A stretch of 64,000 nt of DNA. Origin: the human T2T-CHM13v2.0 reference genome, Homo sapiens. Numbering within the stretch: position 1 is the stretch's first letter; every line of letters begins with the position of its first letter. Positions 1 to 14,800 of the stretch are shown here, one piece after another. Position numbers and translations under genes: made by a program. The stretch lies in NCBI RefSeq assembly GCF_009914755.1, contig NC_060937.1; one strand, 5' to 3'. The notes under the pieces were generated by a model, which was not told the DNA's origin, made no database searches, and saw only the letters and a program-made list of their open reading frames with translations.

Positions 1-935
1 AATTATGGTATAAATTTTTTTTAAAAAAGGTACACCTGCATAGGGCACATAGCATGAGTGGAGCTTGCAAGATTAGAAGTTGCTCTAGGTAAGTCAGTAA
101 GTGAGTGGTGAGTGAATGCAAAGGCTTAGGACATTACACTATTTAGACTGTACAAATACTGTATACTTAGGCTATACTAAATTTATTTTAAAAATCTTTC
201 TTCAATAACAAATTAACCTTAGCTTACAGTAGTTTATAATAAATTTACTTTAAACTTCAATTTTTAAAAAACTTTTTGATTTTTTGTAGTAACATTTAGC
301 TTAAAAGACAAACTCATTGTACAAAAATGTTTTCTTTATATCCTCACTCTATAAGCTTTTTTTTTCTATTTTTAAATATTTATTTATTTTTTTACTTTTT
401 AAACTTTTTTGTTAAAAACTAAGACACAAACACACACATTAGCCTAGGCCTACACAGGGTCAGGATCATCAATATCACCGTCTTCCGCCTCCACATCTTG
501 TTGCACTGGAAGGGCTTCAGGAACAATAACAGGCATGGAGATGTCATCTCCTGTGATAACAATGCCTTCCTCTGGAAGAACTCACTTAGGTGGCTTTATG
601 GTTAACTTAAAAAAAATCAGTAGAAGGAGTGCACTCTAAAATAACAATAAAAAACATAGTATGGTAAACACCCAGTAACAAAGTTGTTTATTATCATTAT
701 CAAATATTATGTACTGTACATACTTGCATGTGCTAGACTTTTATATGACTGGCAATCTGATATTTTTGTTTATACCAGCATCACCACAAACATGTAATAT
801 GTTGGACTATGATGTTATGATGGCTATGATGTCACTAAATTATAGGAATTTTTCAGCTCCATTATAATCTTATGGGACCAATGTCATATATACAGTTAGT
901 CATTCACCAAAACATCATTACAAGGCACATGACTG
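1..935 (-). mobile_element. Tigger3 (Golem)-family DNA transposon fragment, continues beyond window start
   Basis: Reverse complement of 840-935 matches the recalled Tigger3 terminus (CAGTCATG...GGTCCCATAAGATTATAATGGAGCTGAAAAATTCCTA); terminal ...catgactg is followed by the TA target dinucleotide at 936-937. Confidence 0.85.
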
Positions 936-1997
936 TATTTGATGACATATAATTTCCCCTTCAAAGGGTAGTAAAGTCAATACACAGTTTATGAAAGCTA
1001 AAATTTTAATGCATGTGTTATTAGAGAAAAGTTTTAAAATTTCACTCTAATATGATTCCTGAAGTTATTATCAGGTTCTTTTTGGTTGTTTTGTTTTAAA
1101 GAATAAAACTGAATCAGAGAAAAACTACTCTAAAATCAAATAAAAACTGTATAATTTGTTCAGAAATTTATTTTTAATTACAAACTCAAAGAGTAATCAG
1201 AATTAGTTTGTTGCTAATAATACACAGTGGCCTTAAAAGAGAAATAATGATATTTGGAAATGCTATATTCATTTTTATTTTGAATGAAAACTCCTAAATA
1301 TTAAATATATTCTCTTCAACATTGCTTTTACAATATAAATTACTTTGTAAAACATACCTGTTAGGGCTACTTAAAGATAAACTCCATATTTTCCTAAATC
1401 ATTGTGTTATAAATTAATTGGGCTGAAATTTATAAAGAAATATTTTATTCTTGCCTTTATAAAAATTGCATGTGTAAACATCATTTAGAGTTGGCAGAAA
1501 TCTGATGGAACATCAGTATTGCCTGATTCAGCAATGTTCAACCTTTATTCCACTAAGAATAATATGGCAATTGTCAGTCACATGAACACATATAGCACAT
1601 ATCTTAGAAACCTGGGTGGAAAGCATGTAAGAATGCCTGTGATATAGGGTATCTTTGAATCTATCCTTATTTTATCTTTAACAAATTAAGTAATTTTAAA
1701 ACATTGTGATTTAACCATTATTGGTAAATAAAATTATTTGTGACCCACTTCGCGGTTCTTAGCCACACACAAACTGCTCAGAAAAATGACCTATTTTAAG
1801 GAGAAACATACAGGCTTGGCAGTTTTATTGTAGTTCAAGCCACAGAGATTCAATTCCGTTTTCACACTTTGTCCTGTGGATCTGTGAAAACAGAGTGTAG
1901 TGGCTGAGACTGCAGCTGTGGGGTCAGGTTATCATAGTGGAATGCTTGCTGAACAACTCTGTAAGAGCAGAGAGAATATTTTACACGTATTTGCAAC

Positions 1998-2170
1998 CGC
2001 AATGTTTCAAAAACTGGCCAGGTTAAAAGAATCACCTGGACTGCTTGTTAAATATAGATTCCTGAACCAAGACGAACCTACTGAGTTAGGATTTCAAATG
2101 CAGAGACCTGACAATCTGTATTTTTTCCCCATGAAGCCCAGGTGATCAGGCCATTTGGGGAAACCTGGCA
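1998..2170. mobile_element. MER5-like hAT-Charlie MITE
   Basis: agaatcacctgga...cttgttaaatatagattcct...aatctgtatttt...ccaggtgat resembles the MER5A consensus; degraded. Confidence 0.6.
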
Positions 2171-3389
2171 TTAATGCTGGCTGACATGATAGAGCTGCTA
2201 ATCTCAATTGAAGCCTTCTCATAATCATCCCATTTTCATTCTTTCATATTTTTATTGAGGAACTAGTTACTAGCGATGCACAGGTAACACATGAGCTCTA
2301 CCTAACAATTTATACGTACTCTATTGAAACAGAATTGCAATTACTTTTAAAAGCTGTTACCTTTGATTGCAGGGTAGATGCACCTTAATATCTCACACTA
2401 AAGCCTGGAAATCAATGTGAATTAGATCAGTATCAGAATTCATGATATTGCGTTGTTATTTATTTGTACTTGGACTCTGTGGCATATTCATGACACAGTT
2501 CTGCTTCATTAGTAGCTCTCTCTGCACCTCTGCATTTTGTTATTCCATTTTGTTTTTTCCTACTCTTCTTCCACCTATTTTTGTAATATACTCAAACAGT
2601 GTTTAGATTACTAAGTTATTGCGTGATCTTTTACAACCTAATTAAAAGTGACTATACGGTTGGGACTATAGGAGATAATTTTATTGAATATATTTTATTA
2701 TTATATATTGAAACAGTCCAGTATCCTTATTTAGGCTAATTATGAAATGTAATTACTAATATATCCAAGGTGTTTACTGTTGCTTAATGCCTCATTTTGA
2801 TATACCATTTTGACTTGCTGATTATTCCAACTTTCTATTTTTAGATTTTCTCCCTTAATTTACGGGTAAATTATTCTTGGTTCTTTTTGTGGATAAATTG
2901 ACTTGAGATCATCAGTTATTTAAGTAAGAAACAAAATATCCCACAGTAAAGTCTTTGAAGATAAGATGATAAGAAAAAGGATATGATTAATAATGTGGTC
3001 ACAATAATTTATTTTCATCAAATAGTAGCACTCATGGGTTTCCCAGTGCTTAACAAAATGTGATAATTTATGGATACTTTGAAAATGAATGCTTTACTTT
3101 CTCTTTAGTTAGAACATGTGAGGAGGTCTAAGGATTGTCTGGTTTTCCTTTGGGAATCTAACCTCCCTTTGTAGCAACCAGTGTGTAATCTACTAGCTTT
3201 CATTCTGGAAAAGAAAAAGATTTTAAAAATTATAAAAATATAGCAGGTGGTGAATTAAGTACTTAATGTGACCATCTTTTATAAATAATGAAGTCAGATT
3301 ATGAATTAAATTTCTCAATGACACTTTTTTCTATCATTAGTGAGTTATGAATGACTATAGAATAAAGTAAGAAACTACCATACATGTAA

Positions 3390-3703
<314 letters not shown>

Positions 3704-3946
3704 ATTTCATTACTTTTAAACAGATTGTGATCCTAGAAATATGTCTGTATAAAACTTGTGTGTTGTAGGCAATGGTCATTCTTGTCCGGTCATTATCCTT
3801 GGAAAGCTGAATTTGGTTGAGTAGGCTGAGAGTTACAATTTAGATACTTAGATTAGTTTTGATGAGTCATTTAATGTCTGGAGCAGATGGACGGTGTTAG
3901 CATGAATACTAAACCTTCTCATGTTTTACCTCTGCTTGTGTTACAG

Positions 3947-4641
3947 AAACCCTTGAAACTCTCATCAAACAAGCAGAAAATTACACCAGTATACTTTTTT
4001 GCAGTACCTACAGGAACATGGCCTTGGAGGCTGCTGCTTCGGTTCAGGAGTTCTTCACTGATGTGGGGCTGTATTTATTTGGTGCGGATGTTAATCCTGA
4101 AGAATTTGTAAACAGATTTTTTGACAGTCTTTTTCCTCTGGTCTACAACCACCTCATTAACCCTGGTGTGACTGACAGTTCCCTGGAATACTCAGAATGC
4201 ATCCGGATGGCTCGCCGGGATGTGAGTCCATTTGGTAATATTCCCCAAAGAGTAATGGGACAGATGGGGAGGTCCCTGCTGCCCAGCCGCACTTTTCTGC
4301 AGGCACTCAATCTGGGCATTGAAGTCATCAACACCACAGACTATCTGCACTTCTCCAAAGAGTGCAGCAGAGCCCTCCTGAAGATGCAATACTGCCCGCA
4401 CTGCCAAGGCCTGGCGCTCACTAAGCCTTGTATGGGATACTGCCTCAATGTCATGCGAGGCTGCCTGGCGCACATGGCGGAGCTTAATCCACACTGGCAT
4501 GCATATATCCGGTCGTTGGAAGAACTCTCGGATGCAATGCATGGAACATACGACATTGGACACGTGCTGCTGAACTTTCACTTGCTTGTTAATGATGCTG
4601 TGTTACAGGCTCACCTCAATGGACAAAAATTATTGGAACAG
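3947..4641 (+). CDS. GPC5: Glypican-5 coding exon 3 (695 nt; phase-1 start, phase-0 end; about residues E109-Q340)
   Basis: Acceptor ttacag| at 3946 and donor CAG|gtaagt at 4642. Translation (E)TLETLIKQAENYTSILFCSTYRNMALEAAASVQEFFTDV...CSRALLKMQYCPHCQGLALTKPCMGYCLNVMRGCLA...GQKLLEQ shows the glypican cysteine pattern and matches recalled GPC5. Sequons NYT and NTT present. Track ORF 4018-4671 is this exon read into the intron. Confidence 0.98.
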
Positions 4642-4844
4642 GTAAGTAGGAGCTCCACATTTTCAGTCTGACTTCTTGTAATTCAAATATTAGCCATGAT
4701 ATACTTTAGGAAATAGTAGGAGAATGTGTCTGTTGATATATTCAATCCAAGATATTATTTTTTTATATCTTATGATAAAATTTTGATTGGCTGAAATACC
4801 ACATTCTCTCCTAAGTAGAAGTCTGCTGAAAGGGTGAGTACTGT

Positions 4845-5090
4845 GACGTGGCAAGAGCTCAGGTTTGAAATCAGGAACAGCATAGATTTGAATCTTTAGC
4901 CTGCCGGTAATTAGCTAAATGAAATTAGGTAAGTCCCTTTGGCCTCTTTGCACCTCAATTTCCTCAGTGATAAAAAGGAAATAGTAACATACAACATTTG
5001 AAGTATTCTTTTTTGGGAATATAGGCATTATGTGTGCAAACTACTTAGTATGGTACCTGGTACTCCAAAAATGGGTAGTTATTGTTAGAA
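4845..5090 (+). mobile_element. MIR SINE
   Basis: MIR core-like text ggtaagtccctttggcctctttgcacctcaatttcctcagtgataaaaagg and 3' tail. Confidence 0.7.
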
Positions 5091-5547
5091 TTTCAGAAGC
5101 ATTTGGCTTTAAAATGGAAAATGCCAGTTATATATCCCTGAAGTTAAGACTTGATAGCTTAGTGTTCAAAAGAGTTTCTTCAGAGATGCTCCAAAATCTG
5201 TCACAGTGATGGCGTGATAATTTTTAAAATGTAGTGTATACACGGTCATGGTGTTTTATTCCTAGCAGGCTGAAACGTTTTTAAAACACAATCATCAAAT
5301 CAAAACACATGAGAGTTTTCTATTTGTCTCACCTTACATAGAACCATTTTTCTAAATATTCACTGGCTCCCTTAGTAATAGTTCTCATATCCCAGAGTGA
5401 AATAGGATAGCATGCTGATGGTTCTACTAAACATATTCCCCTGAAATAAAATTATACTCTCCAGTGCCAACAAAAGACATCTCCTTAGGCTGGCATTGAT
5501 TTACCAAATTAACAAGCATTCTCATAAATTAGCTTTAAGCAGAAAAT

Positions 5548-5696
5548 TTTAGTAGAGGGAGTTTCTCCATGTTGGTCAGGCTGGTCTCGAACTCTTGACC
5601 TCAGGTGATCCACAGGCCTCAGCTTCCCAAAGTGCTGGAATTACAGGCATGAGCCACCGCGCCCAGCGATTTCATTACTTTTAAACAGACTTTGAT
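5548..5696 (-). repeat. Dispersed copy of the Alu left arm plus unique flank from 3581-3731
   Basis: Shares non-consensus Alu variants and 22 identical flank bases (gatttcattacttttaaacaga) with the Alu at 3414-3703. Confidence 0.9.
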
Positions 5697-6100
5697 TCAA
5701 TTCCTTTAATTAATGACTGATAGAATCTGAAAAGCTTTATGTCCAAACGCGTTTTCCCCTTCTCTTCCTAACCTTCAGGGACTTTCCAGGTCCTGCGTGA
5801 GCCTTTATGGTTCCTTTCTGCAAATTAGAAATGACACCTCCTTTAGGTGGATTCAGCACAGCAGCATAGGGTAATGTGTGGGCTGAAATTTAACTCCCTG
5901 CTTCATTCAGCTGGGTATCCCTATACAATTAACCGGGTTCTCAACTTGATGTAATGGCCTGGTCTTCTTGTCTTCTCACATCCTTTTATGAAAATTGTAC
6001 ATGGCCCAGAACCTCTGGAAGGGATGCAATAAACCATCTCAAAAGGAGGTACCAATGACTGCTGTGGTTTCAAGTATTTCCTTGAAAAATAAGCACTTAG

Positions 6101-6434
<334 letters not shown>

Positions 6435-7624
6435 AAAATGCTCATATTATTTTATTGAGTATCTCCAAAAGGGAAAGTAAGCACAAGAAATCAGAGACCA
6501 AGTCCAGATTTGATTATTAATTTGGGTCATTATAACTTAATGTCCCATGGCCAGGACCTTCTGATATATGTAAGTGAATAGGTTTTCAAGACCTTTTTTC
6601 CTATGTATTTTGGAAACCTGAAGGGCCTTTTTGTGTCCTTAAAATCTATCCTGTAGAAAATCTTCTGTGTTTCCTATTTCAAAGACTAAAATAAAAGTTT
6701 GCAGTAGACAGGCAAGCTTTCAAATCCTGAGTTTGCTACCCATTAGTCATGTGGGCTGGGTCAGCTTCTAAAACCCTTAAGCCTGTTTGTCCTATGTGAA
6801 AAGGAAGGGAGGAATAACTTAAATAGGACAGTGTTGGTCAGAGTCTGACACTGGTAGGCAGTTGGTACCTGATAACCTTACTCTTTTCTCTCCTTATTCT
6901 AAGGAAGGCCCTAAGCAGACCTTGGTGAAGCAGGTGACTTTAGTATCTCAAAGTATTAGAATCAGGTTTATGTTTCCTAAAGAAGTTTTATACACAACTT
7001 TTATCATGTAAAACTCTCTGCTGTATTTTCAAAGAGAGTGCTCTTTTTAAAATAGTCTGATTTTATATAATAGTCCTATGACTATTTTGAGAAATATAAA
7101 TTATTACTGATAAATTATGGATTCTTTTCTAAATAAAACAACTGAGTCCTCTTTTTTACTTATGGGAACAGAAGAAGAAACTGATTTTAAATTCCTTGAA
7201 AATTGACCCATTAATATTTATTTCTACCAATTCAAAGTGATTTATAAGCTCTTTATCAAACTTTGATAACCAGTTCGCACATCGATGAATTTAACAAATT
7301 CAAAATAAATTACTGGAAAGCCAGCAAATAATGACTTTCTCACATTCCCAAAGAAATCTCTGAGATCTAGTACTTCCAAGTCTACTCCTCCATAAATACA
7401 TATTTTCACTTTAAAATATCTGTGGAGATACCTGATATATATATAAAATACTTCTGTTGGATGAATTTCAACTGGAAACAAAGTTTAGTTTTCTGAGAAA
7501 AATCATAAGTACCTTATATTTGGTTAATGTTTAGAGAAACAAAAGTTAATTTACAAGATAATTTTTTAAATTTCATAATTCTGTGATTTTATTAAGACAA
7601 AGTTTGATTTAATAAAGAAGAGAG

Positions 7625-7860
7625 GTAACAAAGAGTAGGAATTAAAAGCACAAGTCCAAGTGTTAAATTGGATTTCACATCTGTCTCTGCCTCTTACTAG
7701 CTCTGAGTTTACGCATTTGCTTATTTTATCTCTGTTTGCTTCAGTTTCCTCTTTGGTTAGATGGGGTGATGAAATACCATAATAGTATCCTTGTGAGAAT
7801 AAAATGAACTTACACACTTAATGTCTTGTGCATAGTGTTTACATTTTACCAGTTATCACT
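7625..7860 (+). mobile_element. MIR SINE
   Basis: ctctgcctcttactagctctg...tcagtttcctc...gtgagaataaaatga is MIR core-like. Confidence 0.7.
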
Positions 7861-7885
7861 ATCACATTATATTATTTAGAAATAA

Positions 7886-8285
<400 letters not shown>

Positions 8286-8623
8286 TTAAACAAATGCTTG
8301 TAATTGTCTTTATGAATGAGAAAAAATTGATATTTTCAGAAAATATTAGACAAGTCTCTAACGTATTTTTAATATTAACGGATTAATATTAAAATGTTAA
8401 TATTAATAGATTACCCTCTTGTTAATAAATTATTAATTCATTTGGTAAATAAATACTTCATATTTTTTGAAATCCTATTTCTTAGTAATTACATTTAATA
8501 TATTATTTCTTGCTATAATTTGACACTTTAACTTATTAAAGGCATAAGAACATAGAGTCTGGTTTAATAACATTGTTTCAAGATGTTCTAAACAGAACAA
8601 ATGTTACCAGGAAACACAGCTAA

Positions 8624-9044
<421 letters not shown>

Positions 9045-9445
9045 TAGAATTACTATATAATTCTATCAATAAAACCTATCAAAAATGACTTTACGGTGAA
9101 TTGTATAATATATACTAACATACTTAAATTCACTGTTAAGGAAACTAATATCTTATCACTTCTTCTGTACATTTATCTGAATCTGTAGACAGTAAGCATA
9201 GTAAATTTATTAAGTGTTTTTAGGCATTTAAACTATACCTTCAATAAAAGAAAAGTTAAAGTAGCAGCCTGGATTATTTAGGACAAAATGCTAATTTTGT
9301 CCAATTTATTCAATGATGTGATATATATTTTCCTACAATATGGATGTATGTGAGATTTTGCAAAAATAAGTACTAGAGAACAAAAAAGCGTAGGGAAGAA
9401 TTCTCAAAATCTCAGTCTCCAAAGTAACCTAATTAAAATACAATG

Positions 9446-10229
9446 CCATTGCAATTTTAGATATTTTAAATTTAGATATTAAATGCAATACATTCTACAG
9501 TAACTATCACACATGAACTTGAAAAAGTCATGACATTTGCTTAGCGTCAGTCAGTCTAGTGCAGTGTGGGAGTTTTTGAGTGATGAAGAAGAGGTGGCAG
9601 AGTGCATCACCTTCTCGTGGTCATGACACTTTCACAATAATAAGAAGGCTAATATGCCCTTTCCCTAGAAAAGTAAGACACGCAGACACACAGGCACATG
9701 CAAACTATTGCATATAATTTCAGTGACTTTACAGCTCCTGTGATGCCACAGACCTGAGGGTGAGGACCCCTGGGTTAAAGAAAGGACATCTCATTCTTAG
9801 GGTGAAATAGAATGATACCAGAGTTGGTTCCTAGAGAGGTTCAAACATGGATGAAATTATTTTGAAATTAATGTTGGATATGTAGAGTGTGTTCTTTTGA
9901 GCATGACTCAGATCAGAATGTATAAACTTTGGACAGAGAAGAGATTGGAATGAATAAGTAGAATCTCTAGGGTTGCTCCAGTTTCCATAATATATGAAAA
10001 GTTGACAAGATATTGTTTCTGAAATAAAAATGTTTTGGTGGGGGAGCTTTCATTCATGTTCATATTTGGACTTGGCTGCCACAAGGTGGAAGGTGTGACC
10101 AAAGGTTGTATATAAGCTACCTCATAGACGAAGCCCATGGGTGGTTGGACAAAATTTCATTCAAAATACCATTGCAATTTTAGATATTTTAATTTTAGAT
10201 ATCTAAATGCAATACATTCTACAGTAACT
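9446..10229 (+). repeat. Pair of ~60-bp direct repeats (9446-9505 and 10169-10229)
   Basis: ccattgcaattttagatatttta(a/a)(a/t)tttagatat(-/c)taaatgcaatacattctacagtaact occurs twice, differing by one substitution and one indel. Confidence 0.95.
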
Positions 10230-11829
10230 GTTAGTAGTGTTGAAAGATATTATTTTTACCTTTGCTTAATTTTTGTTTAACATATGTGGTGGGTTGATAT
10301 TGAACTTATGATTTAGTACATGGCTCTTCTGAGGAATAAGACTGGGAATTGACAAAGAAAAAGAAAAGGCATAAGAATTAAATTTGTAACAATTGAGAGC
10401 GGAAAATATAAGCTCCTGGTGTGAAAGTCAGCTCTGAAAGAATCCAATGAAAGTGGGCTGACTTTGATTTATAGAAAACACTGTAAGCTAATAAAGCAGA
10501 AAAGGAAGATTCATTAGACCACAGGAGGGTTATCTATTCTAACTCACAGTTCTATGTAGAGATCTTTTCTAAAGGTTTTCACCCACCGACTTCTGGTCAC
10601 TATATAGTGTTGAGGAACTTCTTACTCCAGATGTGGCCATATTAAGTGTGTAGTAACAATTAATTGTTTCTATTTTTAATATGAAGGTAATTTTGTTTTT
10701 TTTCAGATATGGAATGAGATGTTTTCTGATTAGAGGCAAGTCAAAGGGTAATTTTATTGTGCATGGATTTTCTGTTTAGATATCATAAATTTGATACTCT
10801 GTTGAGGTAGTTCTGTGATATTTCAGCCTCTGCTGGTAGGAATTTTCTTCACATGCCTGATTAGCTCTGAATCCTTCTTATTTTGGAGATTTGACCCCTG
10901 CATGTGTGGGCTGTGCTAGTGGAGTGGTGATAGTGGTGAGTGGAACCTCTCCTGAGGTGATTAGCAGTGGTGAGGGCTAATGAAGACTCATGTACCTCAT
11001 AATGAGGCAAGTCCAAAATTCTTTAGGGGCAGGTAACAAGTTTGAATACTTTCTGTGTAAACAGTTCATAGAACTTTGAAAGTGTTGCATGATTATTTTG
11101 TGATTTTATCTTTCTGTTAAATATTGTGGTGTGAGTTACTTGAGAATAAAGACTGATAATCACAGTTATTTACTTTTACATAATTTCCTGAGAGAGGTAA
11201 AAATATTAAATATCTTGTGAAAGTCTGAAGGTCTGTAAGGCAGAATCTGAGCAGAGGCCTCCTAGAAGAGTGGTCCATCACGTTTGTGGACATCTCAAGT
11301 TGCTGGAAAGTTTATCCTTATGGTGAAGGATTATATGTGTAATAGTCACCCATGGTATACTAGAATGTAATGTTGTGAAGATAGGAACTAAGTCTTGGCC
11401 ATCTTTGCCTTTAAGTATTTGAAGGCTATTATTCTGTCACTTTTCTTGACATCTTCTTCTTTCCAGGTTACTCACTCCCATTTAATTCTAAATGTAAAAG
11501 GAAAAAGAACCCTTACATTCTTCCTCAATCAAATTACGTGTCAAATGTGCATTTGCTTTTGTTAAGTTATTGAGGTTTCTTTGAGCAAACAATCTCTTAT
11601 CCCAATATTATGAGCTGTTTGTCTCCTGGGAATAAGAAATTTTTAATAATGCCTAGTGATTCTTTTGAATTTTTCTGAAATAATTTCTGATTGAATTTTA
11701 TGTGAATAGGTCTTCAGGTGCATCACTGATGCTTTCAGCTGCTTTGACAATCCTCCGGCTACTTTTGTGGGGTAAATCTCTCTAAATTAATACTGCATAA
11801 ACTCATGTGTATGTCTTTCCACAATTTAA

Positions 11830-14800
11830 TTTATTTTTCATTTAACTACCTTTTAATTGTCAAAAATTATATGTATTTATGGTGTACAACATGATATTTT
11901 GATATATGTGAAATAATTAAAATCAAGCTAATTAAGATATCCTTCACCTCATGTACACATTTTTTTAGTGAGAATGTTTAAAATCTACTCTCTGAGAAAG
12001 TTCAAGTGTATAATACATTGTTATTAACTATAGTCACAATGCTGTACAATAGATCTCCAGAACTCATTCTTTCTGTCTAATTGAAACTTCTTACTTTTTG
12101 ACAAACATGTCCTCAGCCTCAGCCCTGGCAAACACCATTGTCTTTGCTCCTTTGAGTTTGACTTTTTTAGATTCTACATAAAAATGAGATTCATACAACA
12201 TTTGTCTTTCTCTGCCTGACTTATTTCACTTAGCATAATTCCTTCTAGATTCGTGCATGTTGCTGCAAATGACAGAATTTCTTTCTTTTTAAGGCTTAAT
12301 AATATTCCACTGTGTGTGTGTGTGTGTGTGTGTTTGTGTTTGTGTATGTGTGTGTATTCTCTTATTCCATAGGTTCTCTCTACATTATGTTGATTGTTTC
12401 ATTGGCTGTGCAGAATCATATGTATATATCTCACATCTGCTTTATCTATTCATCTGTTGATGGACACTTAGATTGATTCTGTATCTTGACTATTGTGAAT
12501 ACTGCTGCAATAAACATGGGAGTTCAGACATCTCTTCCACATACTGATTTCATATCTTTTCGATGTATACCCAAAAGGATAATTGCTGTAGCATATGGTA
12601 GTTCTATTTTTAATTTTTTGAGGAACCACTGCACTTTTCTTCATAACACCTGTACAAAGTAACATTCCTGCCAATAGCATACAAGTTTCCCCCTTTCTCC
12701 ACATCCTCAGAACACTTGTTATTCTTTTGTCTTTTTGGTAATATCCATTCTAACAGATTTGAAATAATATCTCATTGTGGTTTTAATTTGCATTTCCCTG
12801 TTGATTCATGATATTAAACATTTAAACATACACCTCTTGGCCATTTGTATGTTTTCCTTGGAGAAATGTCTAAATTCAGGCCCTCTGCTGTGGTTAAGGT
12901 TATTTGTTTTATTGTTATTGAGTGTTTGAGTTCCTTATGTATTTTGGCTATGAAGCCCTTATCAGATGATGGCTTGCAAATATTTTCCCTTATTCCACAG
13001 GTTGTCTCTTCACTCTGTTGATTGTTTCCTTGGATATGCATAGCATTTTAGCTTGAAGGAATCTCATTTGTCTATTTTTGCTCTTGTGGCCTGTACTTGT
13101 GGGGTCATATCCAAAAAATCTTGCTAAGACTAATGTCAAGAACATTTTTTTCCTATGTTTTCTACTAGTACTTTTACAGTTTCAGGTCTTATGTTAGTCC
13201 AAAATTAATTAACTAGAGATGCATAAATTTATTTCTGGGATCTTAATTCTGTTCCAGTGGTCTGCATGTCTGTCTTTATACTTGTACCATGATATTTTGT
13301 TTATTATAACTTTGTAGTATATTTTGAAGTCAGGCAGTGTGATGCCTTATTCTTATTGCACAATATTGCTTTACTATTTGTAGTCTTTTGTGGTTCCATA
13401 CAAATTTTAGGATTTTTTTCTCTATTTCTGTGAAAAATTTCATTGGTACTTTGATAGAGATTGCACTGAATCTATAGATGGCTTTAGGTACTGGACATTT
13501 TAATAATATTAACTCTTCTAATTCAAGAACGTGGACATCATTCTATTTAAGTTCATCCTCTTCAATTTTTCATCAATTTTTATAGTTTTCAGTGTACATA
13601 TCTTCAACTTCCTTTGTTAAACTTATTTTCTAAGTGACTTTTTGGTAGTGGTTGTGAATGGGATTGTTTTCTTGATTTCTTTTTCTGATAGCTTGCTGTT
13701 AGTGTATGGAAGTGCTACAGATTTTATGTTTATTTTGATTAGTGATATTAAGCATTTAAAAATATACCTGTTGGTCATTTAATAAAGTTTGTTTATTATT
13801 TGTTTACCAAATTTGTTTATTATTTATTACCTTTTCTTGGAGTATTTAGGGTTTTCTGTAAATAAGATCATGTTATCTGAAAAGAGGCAATTTAACTGTT
13901 TCCCTTTTTATTTGGATGCCTTTTATTGAGTTTTCTTGCCTAATTGCTCTGGCAAGAAATTCAAGTACTATGTTGAATAGAAGTGGCAAGAGTGGACACT
14001 CTTGTCCTCTTCCTGATCTTAGAGGGAAAGGTTTCAACTTTTCACTATTGAGTATAATGTTAGCTGTGGGATTGTGATATATGGCCCTTATTGTATTGAG
14101 ATAAATTCCTCCTATAACTTATTTGTTGAGAGTTTTTGTCATGAAAGAATATTGAATTGTATCAAATGCTTTTTTGTGTGTGTTTATTGAGATCATATTA
14201 TTTTTGTCATTCATTCTGTTAAAGTGGTATATCATGTTTATGTCTTTGTATATGGTGAATCATCCTTGCATCCCAGGGATAAATGTCACTGCTGCTGAGT
14301 ATGGTTTGCCAGCATTTTGTTGAAGATTTTTGAATCTGTGTTCATAAGGGATAATGATATGTACTTTTATTTTCTTTTAGTGTCCTTATCTGGCTTTTGT
14401 ATCAGGGTAATGCTGGCCTTATAAAATGAATTTGGCAGTATATCTTCCTCTTTGACTTTTTAAAGAGCTTGAGAAGGATTGGTGCTAGTTCCTTTAAACG
14501 TTTGGTGAAATTCAACTGTGGAGCCATTCATCTGGGATTTTATATAATGGGGAATTATTTTAAAATGTTTCATTCAATTTCCTTAATCCTTATTGGTCTA
14601 TTCAGATTCTCTACTTCTTCATGATTCAGTCTTGGTAGTTTGTATGTTTCTAGGCATTTTTCCATTTCTTCTAGGTTATCTGATTTGTTTGCATATACTT
14701 ATTCATTTTATTCTCTTATGATCCTTTGTACAGAATTATCTGTATATTTCTTTAAGGTCCATTTGGTCTCAAGTGTAGTTCAAAATTAATGTTTCCTTAT

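Noticed and set aside
4143-4581. Antisense ORFs (64, 129, 71 aa) and the alternative-frame ORF 3887-4111 overlapping exon 3
   Set aside because: Shadows of a real coding exon; no independent homology or expression signal.
4018-4671. 217-aa ORF as a standalone gene
   Set aside because: It is GPC5 exon 3 from an internal Met running 30 nt into the intron; canonical splice sites define 3947-4641.
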